In this document: positions 9,193 through 18,531 of the stretch, piece by piece
How the letters are laid out: each line of letters starts with the position of its first letter
Numbering within the stretch: the stretch's first letter is position 1
Assembly (NCBI GenBank): GCA_036270055.1
Contig: DATBDG010000155.1
Coordinates: 13,863 to 77,862, forward strand
DNA: 64,000 bases
Reading direction: 5' to 3'
From: Chthoniobacterales bacterium
GTDB taxonomy: Bacteria; Verrucomicrobiota; Verrucomicrobiia; Chthoniobacterales; UBA10450
Translations under genes and position numbers: made by a program
The notes under the pieces: model-generated
Seen by the model: the letters and a program-made list of their open reading frames with translations, nothing else
Databases searched by the model: none
What the model was told of the DNA's origin: nothing

Positions 9193-10425
9193 CTATCTTT
9201 GGGCGATCTTTCGCGTGCCGTCAATCAAGCGCTCGATCTCCTCCTCTGTCGTGTAGCAGGCGCTGCCCGCGCGGACCAACCCCTTCGCCGCCAGACCGAG
9301 GCGCTCCACCACGCTGCTCGCATAAAAGTCACCGTTCGAAACGAAGACCGCGGCGGCCGCCAACTTTTGGGCGACTTCCGCCGACGAAAGACCAGCAACG
9401 GTGAATGCGACTGTCGGTGTTCGGGCAAAATCGGGAGGCGGTCCGTAGACTTTCACGCCCTCGATTTCGCTCAAACCATCCCACAACTGCCTAATGAGGC
9501 GATGGCCGTGCGCACGCAATCCGGCAAACGCGGTTTGGAGGGAAGCGCGCCGCGTTTCCCGCGGAGCGAGCGAGGCGAGAAAATCGACCGCGGCCGACGC
9601 GCCGACGAGCCCTTCGTGATTCTGGGTCCCGGTTTCGACCCGCTCCGGAGCGTCGTTAGGCGCAGGCCCCAGCTTGGGAAAGTCGACCGCCGCCAAAAGA
9701 TCGTGCCGGCCGTAGAGAATCCCAATGTGCGGCCCGTAAAATTTATAAGCCGAGCAACTGAGGAAATCGCAATCGAGCGCCCGCACATCGACCAGCTCGT
9801 GCGGTGCGTAATGGACCGCGTCGACGAAGATCTGCGCGCCAACGCCATGCGCCATTTCTCCCGCGCGCCGGACGTCGGTGATGGTGCCGAGGGCGTTGGA
9901 AGCGGCGCCGACCGCGACCAGTCTGGTCCGCGGGCCCAATTGCCGCCCGAAACCTTCCCAGTCGAGCTGGCCGGTTGCCGGAATCATTTTCGCGACGCGG
10001 ATCGTGACGCCCCGTTCCTTCTCCAGCGCCTGCCAGGGCGCGACGTTGGCGTGGTGATCCAGTTCTGTGACGACGACTTCGTCCCCCGGCCCGTAGCTCC
10101 GGCCCAGGGCCCGCGCGAGGTGGAAAGTGAGCGTGGTCATGTTGGCGCCGAAAGCAATCTCGTTAGGCGAGGCGTGGAGGAAGTCAGCCAGGGCGGCTCG
10201 GGCGCCGGCGATCAGGACGTCGGTTTCGCGGCTGGTCGGAAATTCCCAATGGGTGTTGGCGTTGTGATGCAGCAGGTAGTCGCTCATGGCCGCGACCACC
10301 GCGTTCGGGACCTGGGTGCCACCGGGCCCATCGAAATAGGTGACCGGTTGCTGGTCGTGCTGGCGGCGGAGCGCCGGGAAATGTTCCCGGAGCGCGGGAA
10401 TGGGAATGAGATCGGCTGGATTCAT
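9193..10425 (-). CDS. Class V aminotransferase / cysteine desulfurase-like protein
   Basis: PLP-fold motifs (..FVDAVHYAPH..LSCSAYKFYGPHIGILYG..). ATG at 10425 (MNPADLIPIPALREHFPAL). Confidence 0.85.
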   Translation of the reverse strand: MNPADLIPIPALREHFPALRRQHDQQPVTYFDGPGGTQVPNAVVAAMSDYLLHHNANTHWEFPTSRETDVLIAGARAALADFLHASPNEIAFGANMTTLTFHLARALGRSYGPGDEVVVTELDHHANVAPWQALEKERGVTIRVAKMIPATGQLDWEGFGRQLGPRTRLVAVGAASNALGTITDVRRAGEMAHGVGAQIFVDAVHYAPHELVDVRALDCDFLSCSAYKFYGPHIGILYGRHDLLAAVDFPKLGPAPNDAPERVETGTQNHEGLVGASAAVDFLASLAPRETRRASLQTAFAGLRAHGHRLIRQLWDGLSEIEGVKVYGPPPDFARTPTVAFTVAGLSSAEVAQKLAAAAVFVSNGDFYASSVVERLGLAAKGLVRAGSACYTTEEEIERLIDGTRKIAQR

Positions 10426-10483
10426 GGTCTGCGCGGCAAGCCTATCTTCTGCACCATTTTTGTCGAAGGCGCGCGATTTTGAT

Positions 10484-10527
10484 TGAAAAAAGAAGAAGCC
10501 AGCGGCTGTCAAAACAACCGCTGGCTC
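10484..10527 (-). terminator. Rho-independent terminator candidate downstream of the 10554..12377 gene
   Basis: On the minus strand: AGCCAGCGG-N12-CCGCTGGCT hairpin followed by TCTTCTTTTTT. Confidence 0.5.
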
Positions 10528-10553
10528 TTCGAACCAAACCGAATTAGTCGCGA

Positions 10554-12377
10554 CTAGGGATGGGCGCTTTCGGTCATCTGCGCCGGCACGTGATAAACCT
10601 CGACCAAGGCTACACCCGAGGTGCCGTCCTTTCCGGTCACGATCGCGGTGTAACTGCCAGGCACGAGATTGGCGAAAATGGCGGACTCCGCAGCTGCCGG
10701 GGGTTCGAGCATTGCCGCCGTGACCCCTGCGGAGTAATTATCCGGCGGGCCATCTGTTTCCCAGTTGTCGTTGGCCGCAATCCTATCTGCGTCGCTGTTG
10801 CGAAGCTCTAACACCGGATCGATCAAGGCGTTCGCCACGGGTGGATCAAGGTCCGCGAGGGACGGCCCGATGGCCCGGACTACCACGGAAGCATCATTCC
10901 CGCCGGTCGGGCCCACGATGACGCCGGCGATGAGGACGTTCTCCCCTGTTCCGACCAGGCCCCGCGTACTGATATTAAGTAGTTCGCCGCCCGCACTCGG
11001 ATCATCCAAATCGTAAACCTCGACCAAGGCCACCCCGGTAGCGCCATTGCTGCCTTTAATGATGGCGGTGTAGGATCCGGGTTCGAGAGTCATGACAATG
11101 GCCGACTCAACATTGTCGGACGGTGCGAGGTTATTCTCTGTCAGGATCATTTGATCCTCGGGCGTGTTGTTCATCCAATTGTCGTTTGTAGTTAAGAGGC
11201 CGCTTGCGTCATGCAGTTCGAGGATGGGATCGGAAAGCGGATTCGATATCTGCGCAGCTGACAAAGACGGACCTATTCCGCGGATCACGACCAACTTTGG
11301 ATCCGTACCGGAGATGATGAAGCCACCAATCCCGACGTTGTCGCCAGTCTCCACGTCGACGCGGGTCGAGATGTTAAGCGGATGGCTGGCGGGGGTCGGA
11401 GCCGGGCTAGGTGTTGGGGTTGGCGTTCCCGACGGGGTGGGCGTCGGCGTCGGGGTGGGTGTCGGTGTCGGGGTCGGTGTCGGCGGCGTGGTCGGAACGG
11501 CGGTCTCAAAGACGAGGAAATTGGGCTCTCCTCCACTCGCGAACTGCCGCACGGCGACGTTCGGCTTGACCACGAGAATTTGCCCGCTGCGGTCAGCGAC
11601 ATAGAGGTCTCCCACTCCTTCGGTATCACCGCCGAACCTGGCCGGCCGAAAATCCATGCCGCTGAGATCACCGAGACCGCTGGCCAAAGGAGCAGGATCC
11701 AGCACGTCGTTGACGATTTTCTTGATCGTCCCGTCGCTTGTGCTTACGAACACCACCTCCGCCGGCAGGTCGTTGACCGCCATCGTTTGCGCCGCGACTC
11801 CTCTGTTCGTGGCCATGTCAAAGCTAATATCTCCGCTCGCTCCGACCTTCAGGACAACCTCGCCATTGGATACAAAGCGATTGAAGGCTTGGGCGAAGCT
11901 ATGGGAATCCACGTCGAATGGACTCGCGATTACGCGAAAAACGGTCGGGGGATGCATCCCATCCAGCGGGACCTTCAGAACCCGGCCGGCGCCACTCTCG
12001 GCCACCAGTAGATCAGAGCCATCCAAGGTGACTCCGATCGGGTTATCGAGGTTGGCGAGAACCGTGGTCTGAGTCGCGGTGGCGAGATCGTACTTGAAGA
12101 TCGCGCCATCGCCCGGCTGCCCAGCGCCAGCATCAGCAACATAGAGGTTCTTTCCTTGGTCGAACGTGATCCCTTGGGGACTGGTAAGACCGGTCGTGAA
12201 GGTGCTTGAGCTTCCATCGGGGGCATAGACAATCACGGAACCTGTCGCCAGGTCGGTGACGTAAAGATCGCCGGCGGCACCGAACGAACTGGAAGCGAGT
12301 GGAGCCGCGAGTGCGACTAGTGCAATGGTGAGTTGGCTCAGGAAGGCCCGAGCGGACGGTCGATTGATTGCAAACAT
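10554..12377 (-). CDS. Secreted beta-propeller (NHL-like repeat) protein with PT-rich linker and two tandem C-terminal 'LNISTR' beta-sandwich-like domains
   Basis: Signal peptide. Repeated ..LYV(A/T)D.. propeller-like blades. TPPTPTPTPTPTPTPTPTPS linker. Two about 120-aa repeats: LNISTRVDVETGDNVGIGGFIISG..IRGIGPSL..DPILELHD..NDNW..PGSYTAII..GVALVEVYDL and LNISTRGLVGTGENVLIAGVIVG... Confidence 0.8.
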   Translation of the reverse strand: MFAINRPSARAFLSQLTIALVALAAPLASSSFGAAGDLYVTDLATGSVIVYAPDGSSSTFTTGLTSPQGITFDQGKNLYVADAGAGQPGDGAIFKYDLATATQTTVLANLDNPIGVTLDGSDLLVAESGAGRVLKVPLDGMHPPTVFRVIASPFDVDSHSFAQAFNRFVSNGEVVLKVGASGDISFDMATNRGVAAQTMAVNDLPAEVVFVSTSDGTIKKIVNDVLDPAPLASGLGDLSGMDFRPARFGGDTEGVGDLYVADRSGQILVVKPNVAVRQFASGGEPNFLVFETAVPTTPPTPTPTPTPTPTPTPTPSGTPTPTPSPAPTPASHPLNISTRVDVETGDNVGIGGFIISGTDPKLVVIRGIGPSLSAAQISNPLSDPILELHDASGLLTTNDNWMNNTPEDQMILTENNLAPSDNVESAIVMTLEPGSYTAIIKGSNGATGVALVEVYDLDDPSAGGELLNISTRGLVGTGENVLIAGVIVGPTGGNDASVVVRAIGPSLADLDPPVANALIDPVLELRNSDADRIAANDNWETDGPPDNYSAGVTAAMLEPPAAAESAIFANLVPGSYTAIVTGKDGTSGVALVEVYHVPAQMTESAHP

Positions 12378-12559
12378 AGGTATTCTGCTTTCGAGGTATT
12401 TGCGGCTGCATTTTTGTGCAGCCAGATTGGCTTGGTTATACTGACTGTATTTCCAGACAATCGCGATAATGATTATTATGAGTTCGATTGTCTATAACTA
12501 TTTGGGCTGTGCGGCGAAATGGTCCGGCTAAAGGTTTTTATTCTCGAAACGTAGATAGA

Positions 12560-13018
12560 TCAGGTGTGGGTCGGCCCCCTCGCTGGCTCTGGCGCCACGC
12601 GCCAGCGAAGGCCGCGCTCTGGACCCCGCGCCACCATCTGGAATACCAAGTCCCGGACAAAGTCCGCGCCTGGGAAGCCCTGCGGCGCTAACAGATGATA
12701 AATGTCCACCAGTGCCACGCCCACGGTGTCATCCTTGCCCCGGACGATGGCGGTGTTTTTTCCTCCCACTAGGTTTACGAGAATCGAGGACTTGCGCGCA
12801 TCCTGCGGCGCGAGCCCAGAAGCTTGAATTTCTCCTTCGAGGTTGTCGGCCCAGTCGGCATTCGTCTTGATCGTGTGGCCTTCGCCGTCGTGCAGCTCCA
12901 GGGCCGGATCCGCTAAGCGCGTCGCCACCGTAGCTCCGGGCCGCGTCGACACATGACACACGGATATTGTCGGTCCTCCGATGTCCTTCCTATCACCGTC
13001 CCGTAATGGAATTGTCAT
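12560..13018 (-). CDS. Orphan, internally truncated copy of the 'LNISTR' domain (possible gene remnant)
   Basis: ..ISVCHVSTRPGATVATRLADPALELHDGEGHTIKTNADWADN..APQDARKSSILVNLVGGKNTAIVRGKDDTVGVALVDIYHLL aligns to the C-terminal repeats of 10554..12377. It lacks the GDNVLIGGFI..IRAIGPSL segment and any signal peptide. Confidence 0.4.
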   Translation of the reverse strand: MTIPLRDGDRKDIGGPTISVCHVSTRPGATVATRLADPALELHDGEGHTIKTNADWADNLEGEIQASGLAPQDARKSSILVNLVGGKNTAIVRGKDDTVGVALVDIYHLLAPQGFPGADFVRDLVFQMVARGPERGLRWRVAPEPARGPTHT

Positions 13019-13183
13019 CTTTTTGTTATCAGTCGGCGATTAGGAAGGTCCGGGATTTTTTGTCGAGCTTTTTCTCGTCCAAGGGGACCCGACGGCCCAG
13101 CCGGGTCGCCGATCGCGAGCGAGAGCGGGAGTGCGAAATTGCCGATTGTCACTGCCCCCTCACAAGCGCATCCTTAACCAATT

Positions 13184-13597
13184 ATGAACTCGAACGTCTC
13201 GGTCGAGACCGTCACCCAGCTCTCTGTTTTCCTCGGCAACCGACCCGGTGCCCTCGCCCGCGTCTGCGCGGAATTGGCCGCGGCCCAGATCAACGTTCAC
13301 GCCCTCGCCACTTCGGATACGATCGACCACGTCGTCGTCCGGATGGTGGTGAGCGACCCGACCAAGGCCCTCATGATCTTGGGCGAACGGGGCGTCCTCG
13401 CGTTGGAGAACGACGTCCTCATGATCGAAAGCAACAACGAGCCCGGGACCCTCGCCACGATCGCGGAGCGGATGGCAAAAGCCGGGATCAATATCGAATA
13501 CGCCTACCTCGCAATGCGACCGCAGTCCGAGCAGGGTCTCATGGTTCTCCGGCCCTCGAATGTCGAGAAGGCGGAACGGGCCCTGCGCGATTTGTGA
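13184..13597 (+). CDS. ACT domain-containing protein (two ACT-like halves)
   Basis: TQLSVFLGNRPGALARVCAELAAAQINVHAL.. and ..IESNNEPGTLATIAERMAKAGINIEYAY.. ACT signatures. Confidence 0.8.
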   Translation: MNSNVSVETVTQLSVFLGNRPGALARVCAELAAAQINVHALATSDTIDHVVVRMVVSDPTKALMILGERGVLALENDVLMIESNNEPGTLATIAERMAKAGINIEYAYLAMRPQSEQGLMVLRPSNVEKAERALRDL

Positions 13598-13609
13598 TCC
13601 GGCTCGTCG

Positions 13610-14125
13610 TTAGGCGTTAGACGCCGTCCGCCCAGACGAAAAGATTTTCACTCCCACCAGGCCGGAGAGAGTCCCGAAGATTCCGCAAAAAACGGCGCTG
13701 CCGAGCAATTGGAAAAGGAGCACGTACCACTGGAATGGCTTCGCCGCCTGTTGCGCAAAGGCATCGCGCATCGTGTCGAGCATGACCGGCCCGGCGAAGG
13801 AGCGAAAGATGGTGAGCATCAACTGCGAATTCTGACGCTGCCAAAGCTGGTAATCGAAAAACATCCAGATGATGTCCACCACCACGATCGCCGCCACGCT
13901 GCCCAGAAACGTGCTCAGAAAGCCGAGCTTCGCGCCATCCTTGTATTGCAGCCTTTGGCCGCAGCGCCGCACCGCATGCCAGACCGCAACCAGCGCACCT
14001 GCAATATAAGCCGGGAGGATGAAGACATTCAGATACGGGAGAAGCCCGACCACCGCGCTCGCAATCGCTCCGGCGTAGAGCGAGCTTTCCGTTTTCGACC
14101 CCGGAGCAATCTCATCTGCGGACAT
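13610..14125 (-). CDS. Hypothetical integral membrane protein (about 4 TM segments)
   Basis: ATG at 14125 (MSADEIAPGSK..) within ORF 13610..14284. Hydrophobic segments. The TAA stop lies inside a TCGTTAGGCG motif copy. Confidence 0.6.
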   Translation of the reverse strand: MSADEIAPGSKTESSLYAGAIASAVVGLLPYLNVFILPAYIAGALVAVWHAVRRCGQRLQYKDGAKLGFLSTFLGSVAAIVVVDIIWMFFDYQLWQRQNSQLMLTIFRSFAGPVMLDTMRDAFAQQAAKPFQWYVLLFQLLGSAVFCGIFGTLSGLVGVKIFSSGRTASNA

Positions 14126-14304
14126 GAAGGCCGTTAAAACAAAATCGCGCGCTCGGGGCGAGAAAAACTTTGCGGTGAAAAAGCCATTGCGTCCGGCAAA
14201 GCCACACGCGGCCACGAACGGCGGAGGACAACTTTCCACTCGCCCTGCGATGTCACTTTGATAATAGAGAATCGGAATGACCAACTGCGCGATTCCCCTT
14301 TTCG

Positions 14305-15138
14305 ATGAAAACTGAAGCCCTGCGGTCGGTGCCCCTTTTTCGGGCGCTGGACGACGAAGCCGCCCGTGAGCTTTGCAGTCTGCTCACGACACGCGATGTC
14401 GCGAAGGGCACGCCGCTCTTCCATCGCGGCGAGCCAGGCGACTCCATGTACGTGATCGAGCAGGGCTGTGTCCGCATCAGCGTCAAGGATACTGAGGGTC
14501 ACGACACGACCCTGGCGGAAATGGGCAACGGCGAATTCTTCGGCGAGATGTCTCTTTTGGATGGGCACGCCCGCTCGGCCGACGCGACTACGAGCGCGGA
14601 TTCGCGCCTCGCCGTTCTGCCCCGGGCCGATTTTCGCATGTTCCTGCGCAAAAATCCGGACGTCGCGCTCGGCATTCTGACCGCCCTGACCCATCGGCTG
14701 CGGCGGACGGACGATCTTTTGCGGCACCGCGTTTCGCGCAACGCCAATGAAGAAGAGGAGGCGCGCCTCACGGTCGCCGACCGGGCTGCCGACATGATCG
14801 CGGAATTTGGCGGAAGCTGGAAATTCATCGGAGCTTCGATTTCCTTCTCGCTGCTCTGGATCGCCTTCAACAGCTGGTTCCTCTTCCATCCCTTCGATGA
14901 ATATCCCTACGTCCTGCTCAACCTCGTGCTTGGGATGGTGGCCGGTTTGCAGGCTCCCATCATCATGATGTCGCAAAATCGGCAGGGCCAAAAAGACCGG
15001 CTTCGCGCCGACCTCGATTACCGGGTGAACCTGAAAAACGAGCTCCTGCTTTCCGAAGTCCTGCGCCGTCTCCAATCGCTCGAGGCGAGCCGCAACGGCC
15101 GGCCCAACGCCGAGTTCGAATTCGGCCCGGAAGACTAG
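14305..15138 (+). CDS. Cyclic nucleotide-binding domain fused to a DUF1003 membrane domain
   Basis: cNMP motif ..GEFFGEMSLLDGHARSADA.. at the N-terminus. C-terminal ..FGGSWKFIGASISFSLLW..YPYVLLNLVLGMVAGLQAPIIMMSQNRQ.. is typical of DUF1003. Confidence 0.8.
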   Translation: MKTEALRSVPLFRALDDEAARELCSLLTTRDVAKGTPLFHRGEPGDSMYVIEQGCVRISVKDTEGHDTTLAEMGNGEFFGEMSLLDGHARSADATTSADSRLAVLPRADFRMFLRKNPDVALGILTALTHRLRRTDDLLRHRVSRNANEEEEARLTVADRAADMIAEFGGSWKFIGASISFSLLWIAFNSWFLFHPFDEYPYVLLNLVLGMVAGLQAPIIMMSQNRQGQKDRLRADLDYRVNLKNELLLSEVLRRLQSLEASRNGRPNAEFEFGPED

Positions 15139-15145
15139 TGAACGG

Positions 15146-15234
15146 CGGAAGGGGTGGGATTCGAACCCACGGTGAGTTTCACCCCACGCTCGATTTCGAG
15201 TCGAGTGCCTTAAACCGGACTCAGCCACCCTTCC
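15146..15234 (-). tRNA. tRNA-Ser (anticodon CGA)
   Basis: Minus strand GGAAGGGTGGCTGAGTCCGGTTTAAGGCACTCGACTCGAAATCGAGCGTGGGGTGAAACTCACCGTGGGTTCGAATCCCACCCCTTCCG. 7-bp acceptor stem, anticodon stem CTCGA/TCGAG with loop CTCGAAA, long variable arm, TTCGAAT T-loop. No encoded CCA. Confidence 0.9.
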
Positions 15235-15313
15235 TGGCAGGCGCTACTATGAAAGCGCGCGCCGCTTTTGCAATCAGGAAGGGAGACGATCGACCCCCGC
15301 AGTTGCCGAACGA

Positions 15314-15599
15314 TCAACGAACGCAGCGCTCAAACGCCAAATAAAACCCAAAGCCCCAAAGCGCAAGCAGAACGCCCGTGCCGCGACTGATGTAGCTGCG
15401 CCCGGGCAGATTTTCCAGCCCAACGAGGATCGTCAGAACCGCGATCCAGAGCAGGTTCATCACTGCGAGAACGAAGAGCAACGCCATCAGGACCCAGCAG
15501 CACCCGGTGCAATACCAGGCCATGCTCTAATCCCATCAGAAAGGCGCCACCCCGGCCTTCGCGCCACCGCGTGCTGATGAATTCCAGGGCGCGCGACAA
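15314..15599 (-). pseudogene. Truncated and frameshifted remnant of a DUF2182-type metal-binding membrane protein
   Basis: ORF 15330..15599 ends ..GGAFLMGLEHG. The sequence continues in another frame (ORF 15314..15523) as AWYCTGCCWVLMALLFVLAVMNLLWIAVLTILVGLE... Together these match only the C-terminal about 90 aa of the family. Confidence 0.45.
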
Positions 15600-15697
15600 T
15601 GGGTGAGGCCACTGCGTTTTAAGGGCGTGAACTGAAAGACTCCGGCGAGCAATCCGTTCAGCGAAAATCCAGGCCTTCGCCTAATGACAAACGACTT

Positions 15698-17986
15698 CTA
15701 CGATTCCTGTTCGGCCGCGATTTTCTGGATCGCGATCTTCAATTCCTGCCAGTCGACCGGCTTGGTGATGTGACGGGAAAAGCCGGCCGCCATGCTGTCG
15801 AGAATATCGTCCTTCATCCCGTAACCGCTCAGCGCGATCCCCGGCATTCGATGCTGGCTGGCGAGGTCGCGCATCAGCTCGTGCCCGCTTCCATCGGGCA
15901 GGCCGAGATCGCTGATCAGAATGTTGAAGCCACCACCGTCTTGGCTCTCATCGCTGCTCGCCTCGATCAGCTCGCGTGCTTCGCGGAGGGTTCCGGCCCA
16001 AGTCACTTCGTGGCCGGCCCGCTGTAGGAGACGTTTTAGTTGCTGCGCGGTATCGGGATGATCTTCAACGAGCAGGACGCGCAACGAGCGCGGCGAGATC
16101 GCGCTCCCCGCACCGCTTGCAGGCATCGCCCCGTGCGGCCGCACCGCCGCCCCGGCCTCGACCGTCCGCAGCCGAATGATAAACTTCGCGCCTTTGCCTT
16201 TTCCTTCGCTCGTCGCGATGATACTGCCGCCGTGCAGCTCGACGATCGCGCGACTAATGGCGAGGCCGAGCCCGAGCCCGCCAAAGAGGCGCGAGCGCGA
16301 ATGTTCTCCCTGTTCAAAGGCGTTAAAGATGCGCGGCATGGTGTCGCGACTGATCCCGATGCCGCTGTCGCTCACTTCCACGATGAGGTCGGGGTTTGTT
16401 TTGCCGTCCGGTTTTTCGTTGTAGACGCGGACGTCGATCGAGCCGAAATCCGGGGTAAATTTGCAGGCGTTCTGGAGCAGATTCCAGAAGACCTGGGTCA
16501 TGCGCGAACTGTCCGCCAGGACGTGCGTCTCGGTGGCGCTCAGCTTGATCGAGACGCGCAGATTTTTACGGGCGGCCGCCGCCGCACAATAACTTTGCAT
16601 GGCGTGCTCGAGCAGGGGGCGCACATCGACCGGCTGGCGGCTCAACTCCAGTTTACCGCGGATGATGCCGGTGACGTCGAGCAGGTCGTCGATGAGGCGC
16701 GCTTCCACCTCGATGTTGCGCCGGATCATCTCCAGCTCGCGCCGGAGATGGACCGCAATGGTTTCGTCCTCCTCCAGCATCGCCACGGCCGCCAGCACCG
16801 GTGTGAGCGGGGTCCGCAGCTCGTGGCTCAGGATGGCGAGAAAATTGTCCTTCGCCTTGTTGGCTGCTTCGGCGGCTTCCTTCGCCCGGCTCAGTTCTTC
16901 CTCGTTCTTCTTGCTCGCGGTGATGTCCATGTTGACCCCGCTCATCCGGACCGCCTTGCCGTTCGCGTCGTAGAACACGCGCCCGCGCGAGGCCATGTGC
17001 CGGACGGTGCCGTCAAGATCGATGATGCGAAAATCAACATCGATCGTGCTCTTGTGGGCGATCGCTTCCTCTGTCGAGCGCTCCAGGATGGGTCGATCGT
17101 CGGGATGCACGATCTTAAGGAACGATTCGATCGTCCCGTCGAAGTCCTCCCGGGTCCGCCCGTAGAGCGGATACATGTAATCATCCCAGGCGATGCGCCC
17201 GGTTTCGATATTCCAATCCCACGTCCCGGTGCGCGAGCCTTCGAGGGCGAGACGGAGCCGCTCCTCGCTCTCCGCCAGGGCCGCGCTGCTCTCGCCGATT
17301 CGCATCAGCATCCGGTTAAAAGCTTCGGTCAATTGCCCGATTTCGTCCTGGCCGTGCTTGACCGCGCGCACCGAATAATCGGGCCGATCCGAGACCGAGC
17401 CGGCGACCTGGGCCAGCTCGAGGATGGGAACCGAAATGCGGCGCTGCAAAGTGGTCGTGAGCGCGATCGCGCCTAACGATGAGGCGGCCCCAACCAAAAG
17501 CAGAAGCAAGCCATAGACCGCGAAACGCGAATACATTTCCCCCAGGTCCGCCTGCAGATAGATCGTCCCGAGCCGCGTCCCCTGCTGGAGAATGGGCCGG
17601 AACATGGCGAGATGCGATCGACTGAAGCGGTAGCCATCCGGTCTCGGCTGTCGCGGAAATCGTGAAACCGGCCAGTTGGTCGGAAAGCGCGCGAAGATTT
17701 CACCGTCCTCGCCATAGATCGCAGCTTCGGTCACCTGATGTTCGGCGGAGAGCGCCGCCAGGATTTCCTGCGCGCTTTGTGGATCCTGAAAGGCCACCGC
17801 GCCGGTGCTGTTGGCGCCGATGATTTCCGCCAGGACACCGATATTGAGCGTGAGCGAGCGGCGAAAAGTGAGCAGCTCATAGGTGATGAGAGCGCTGCCC
17901 ATGAGGAGAAGGGCGAAACCAGTCGTGAGCAAGATCACCAGCATGAGCTTGCGTTTGATCGGCGTATCGCGCAGGAAAACGGCCAT
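15698..17986 (-). CDS. Hybrid sensor histidine kinase (CHASE8-like periplasmic sensor, HAMP, PAS, HisKA, HATPase_c, receiver)
   Basis: 762 aa. Two TM segments flank a sensor domain. H-box ..AILSHELRTPL... N/G boxes ..WNLLQNACKFT.., ..DSGIGI.., ..GGLGLGLAI... C-terminal receiver ..RVLLVEDHPD..LISDLGLPDGSG... Confidence 0.9.
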   Translation of the reverse strand: MAVFLRDTPIKRKLMLVILLTTGFALLLMGSALITYELLTFRRSLTLNIGVLAEIIGANSTGAVAFQDPQSAQEILAALSAEHQVTEAAIYGEDGEIFARFPTNWPVSRFPRQPRPDGYRFSRSHLAMFRPILQQGTRLGTIYLQADLGEMYSRFAVYGLLLLLVGAASSLGAIALTTTLQRRISVPILELAQVAGSVSDRPDYSVRAVKHGQDEIGQLTEAFNRMLMRIGESSAALAESEERLRLALEGSRTGTWDWNIETGRIAWDDYMYPLYGRTREDFDGTIESFLKIVHPDDRPILERSTEEAIAHKSTIDVDFRIIDLDGTVRHMASRGRVFYDANGKAVRMSGVNMDITASKKNEEELSRAKEAAEAANKAKDNFLAILSHELRTPLTPVLAAVAMLEEDETIAVHLRRELEMIRRNIEVEARLIDDLLDVTGIIRGKLELSRQPVDVRPLLEHAMQSYCAAAAARKNLRVSIKLSATETHVLADSSRMTQVFWNLLQNACKFTPDFGSIDVRVYNEKPDGKTNPDLIVEVSDSGIGISRDTMPRIFNAFEQGEHSRSRLFGGLGLGLAISRAIVELHGGSIIATSEGKGKGAKFIIRLRTVEAGAAVRPHGAMPASGAGSAISPRSLRVLLVEDHPDTAQQLKRLLQRAGHEVTWAGTLREARELIEASSDESQDGGGFNILISDLGLPDGSGHELMRDLASQHRMPGIALSGYGMKDDILDSMAAGFSRHITKPVDWQELKIAIQKIAAEQES

Positions 17987-17988
17987 GT

Positions 17989-18531
17989 TCAGGATCGAAT
18001 ATCTGCCACCTGGAGAAGCTTTGAGCTCACGTTCAGCCTCGCCCTTCGCAAGGCGCCGGAATTGATTCGCAGCCGGACCCGGTTTTGCTCGGCAACGAGG
18101 GCGATCATCCCGCCGCGATCAAGGAAGGTTTCCGTCTCGCCGACTGTGACCACGTTCAGTCCCGCGACCGCGGCAAAGATCTGATCGAGCTGGCCGGCAT
18201 TGCTCTGACTGACAAAAAGCAGGTGGCACTGCCGGATATCGCGAGGCCCGGCGAAGTGAGCGATCTGGATAGGGCGCCCATGATACGTTTCCCCCGCGAT
18301 TGCTTCCGTCAGCATCCCGCCGAAGGGATCGGCCCCCACGATCCCGATGATGAGCGGCTCCTGACGCGAGCGAAAGGCGGAGTCGGGCCATTCGATGAAG
18401 CGGCAGAAGTTGTAAAGGAAAACCGCCTTGAGCGCGTACTCGTTAGGCGAAGGGGGCGCAGCCCCGAGCGGCGCGAGGGTCACGACGAGGAAAAGGGCGA
18501 GCAAGGCCCGGAGCCGGCTTAGAAACTCCAT
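17989..18531 (-). CDS. YfiR-like periplasmic protein (DUF4154)
   Basis: ATG at 18531 (MEFLSRLRALLALFLVVTLAPLGA.. signal peptide). ..EYALKAVFLYNFCRFIEWPD..LIIGIVG..LLFVS..VVTVGE..GGMIAL.. is typical YfiR/DUF4154. Overlaps the upstream receptor gene by 13 nt. Confidence 0.75.
   Translation of the reverse strand: MEFLSRLRALLALFLVVTLAPLGAAPPSPNEYALKAVFLYNFCRFIEWPDSAFRSRQEPLIIGIVGADPFGGMLTEAIAGETYHGRPIQIAHFAGPRDIRQCHLLFVSQSNAGQLDQIFAAVAGLNVVTVGETETFLDRGGMIALVAEQNRVRLRINSGALRRARLNVSSKLLQVADIRS

Noticed and set aside
11390-11510. Short-period DNA repeat (GGTGTCGGGGTCGGTGTCGG..) that could be mistaken for a tandem repeat or CRISPR-like array
   Set aside because: It is the coding sequence of the (PT)n linker of the 10554..12377 protein on the opposite strand. 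There is no spacer/repeat architecture and there are no cas genes.
15146-15700. Integrated mobile element or prophage at tRNA-Ser (15146..15234) or tRNA-Arg (59750..59823)
   Set aside because: No integrase, recombinase, phage or transposase genes and no duplicated tRNA 3' ends are visible on either side. Only a small gene remnant (reported as a low-interest finding) sits next to tRNA-Ser.
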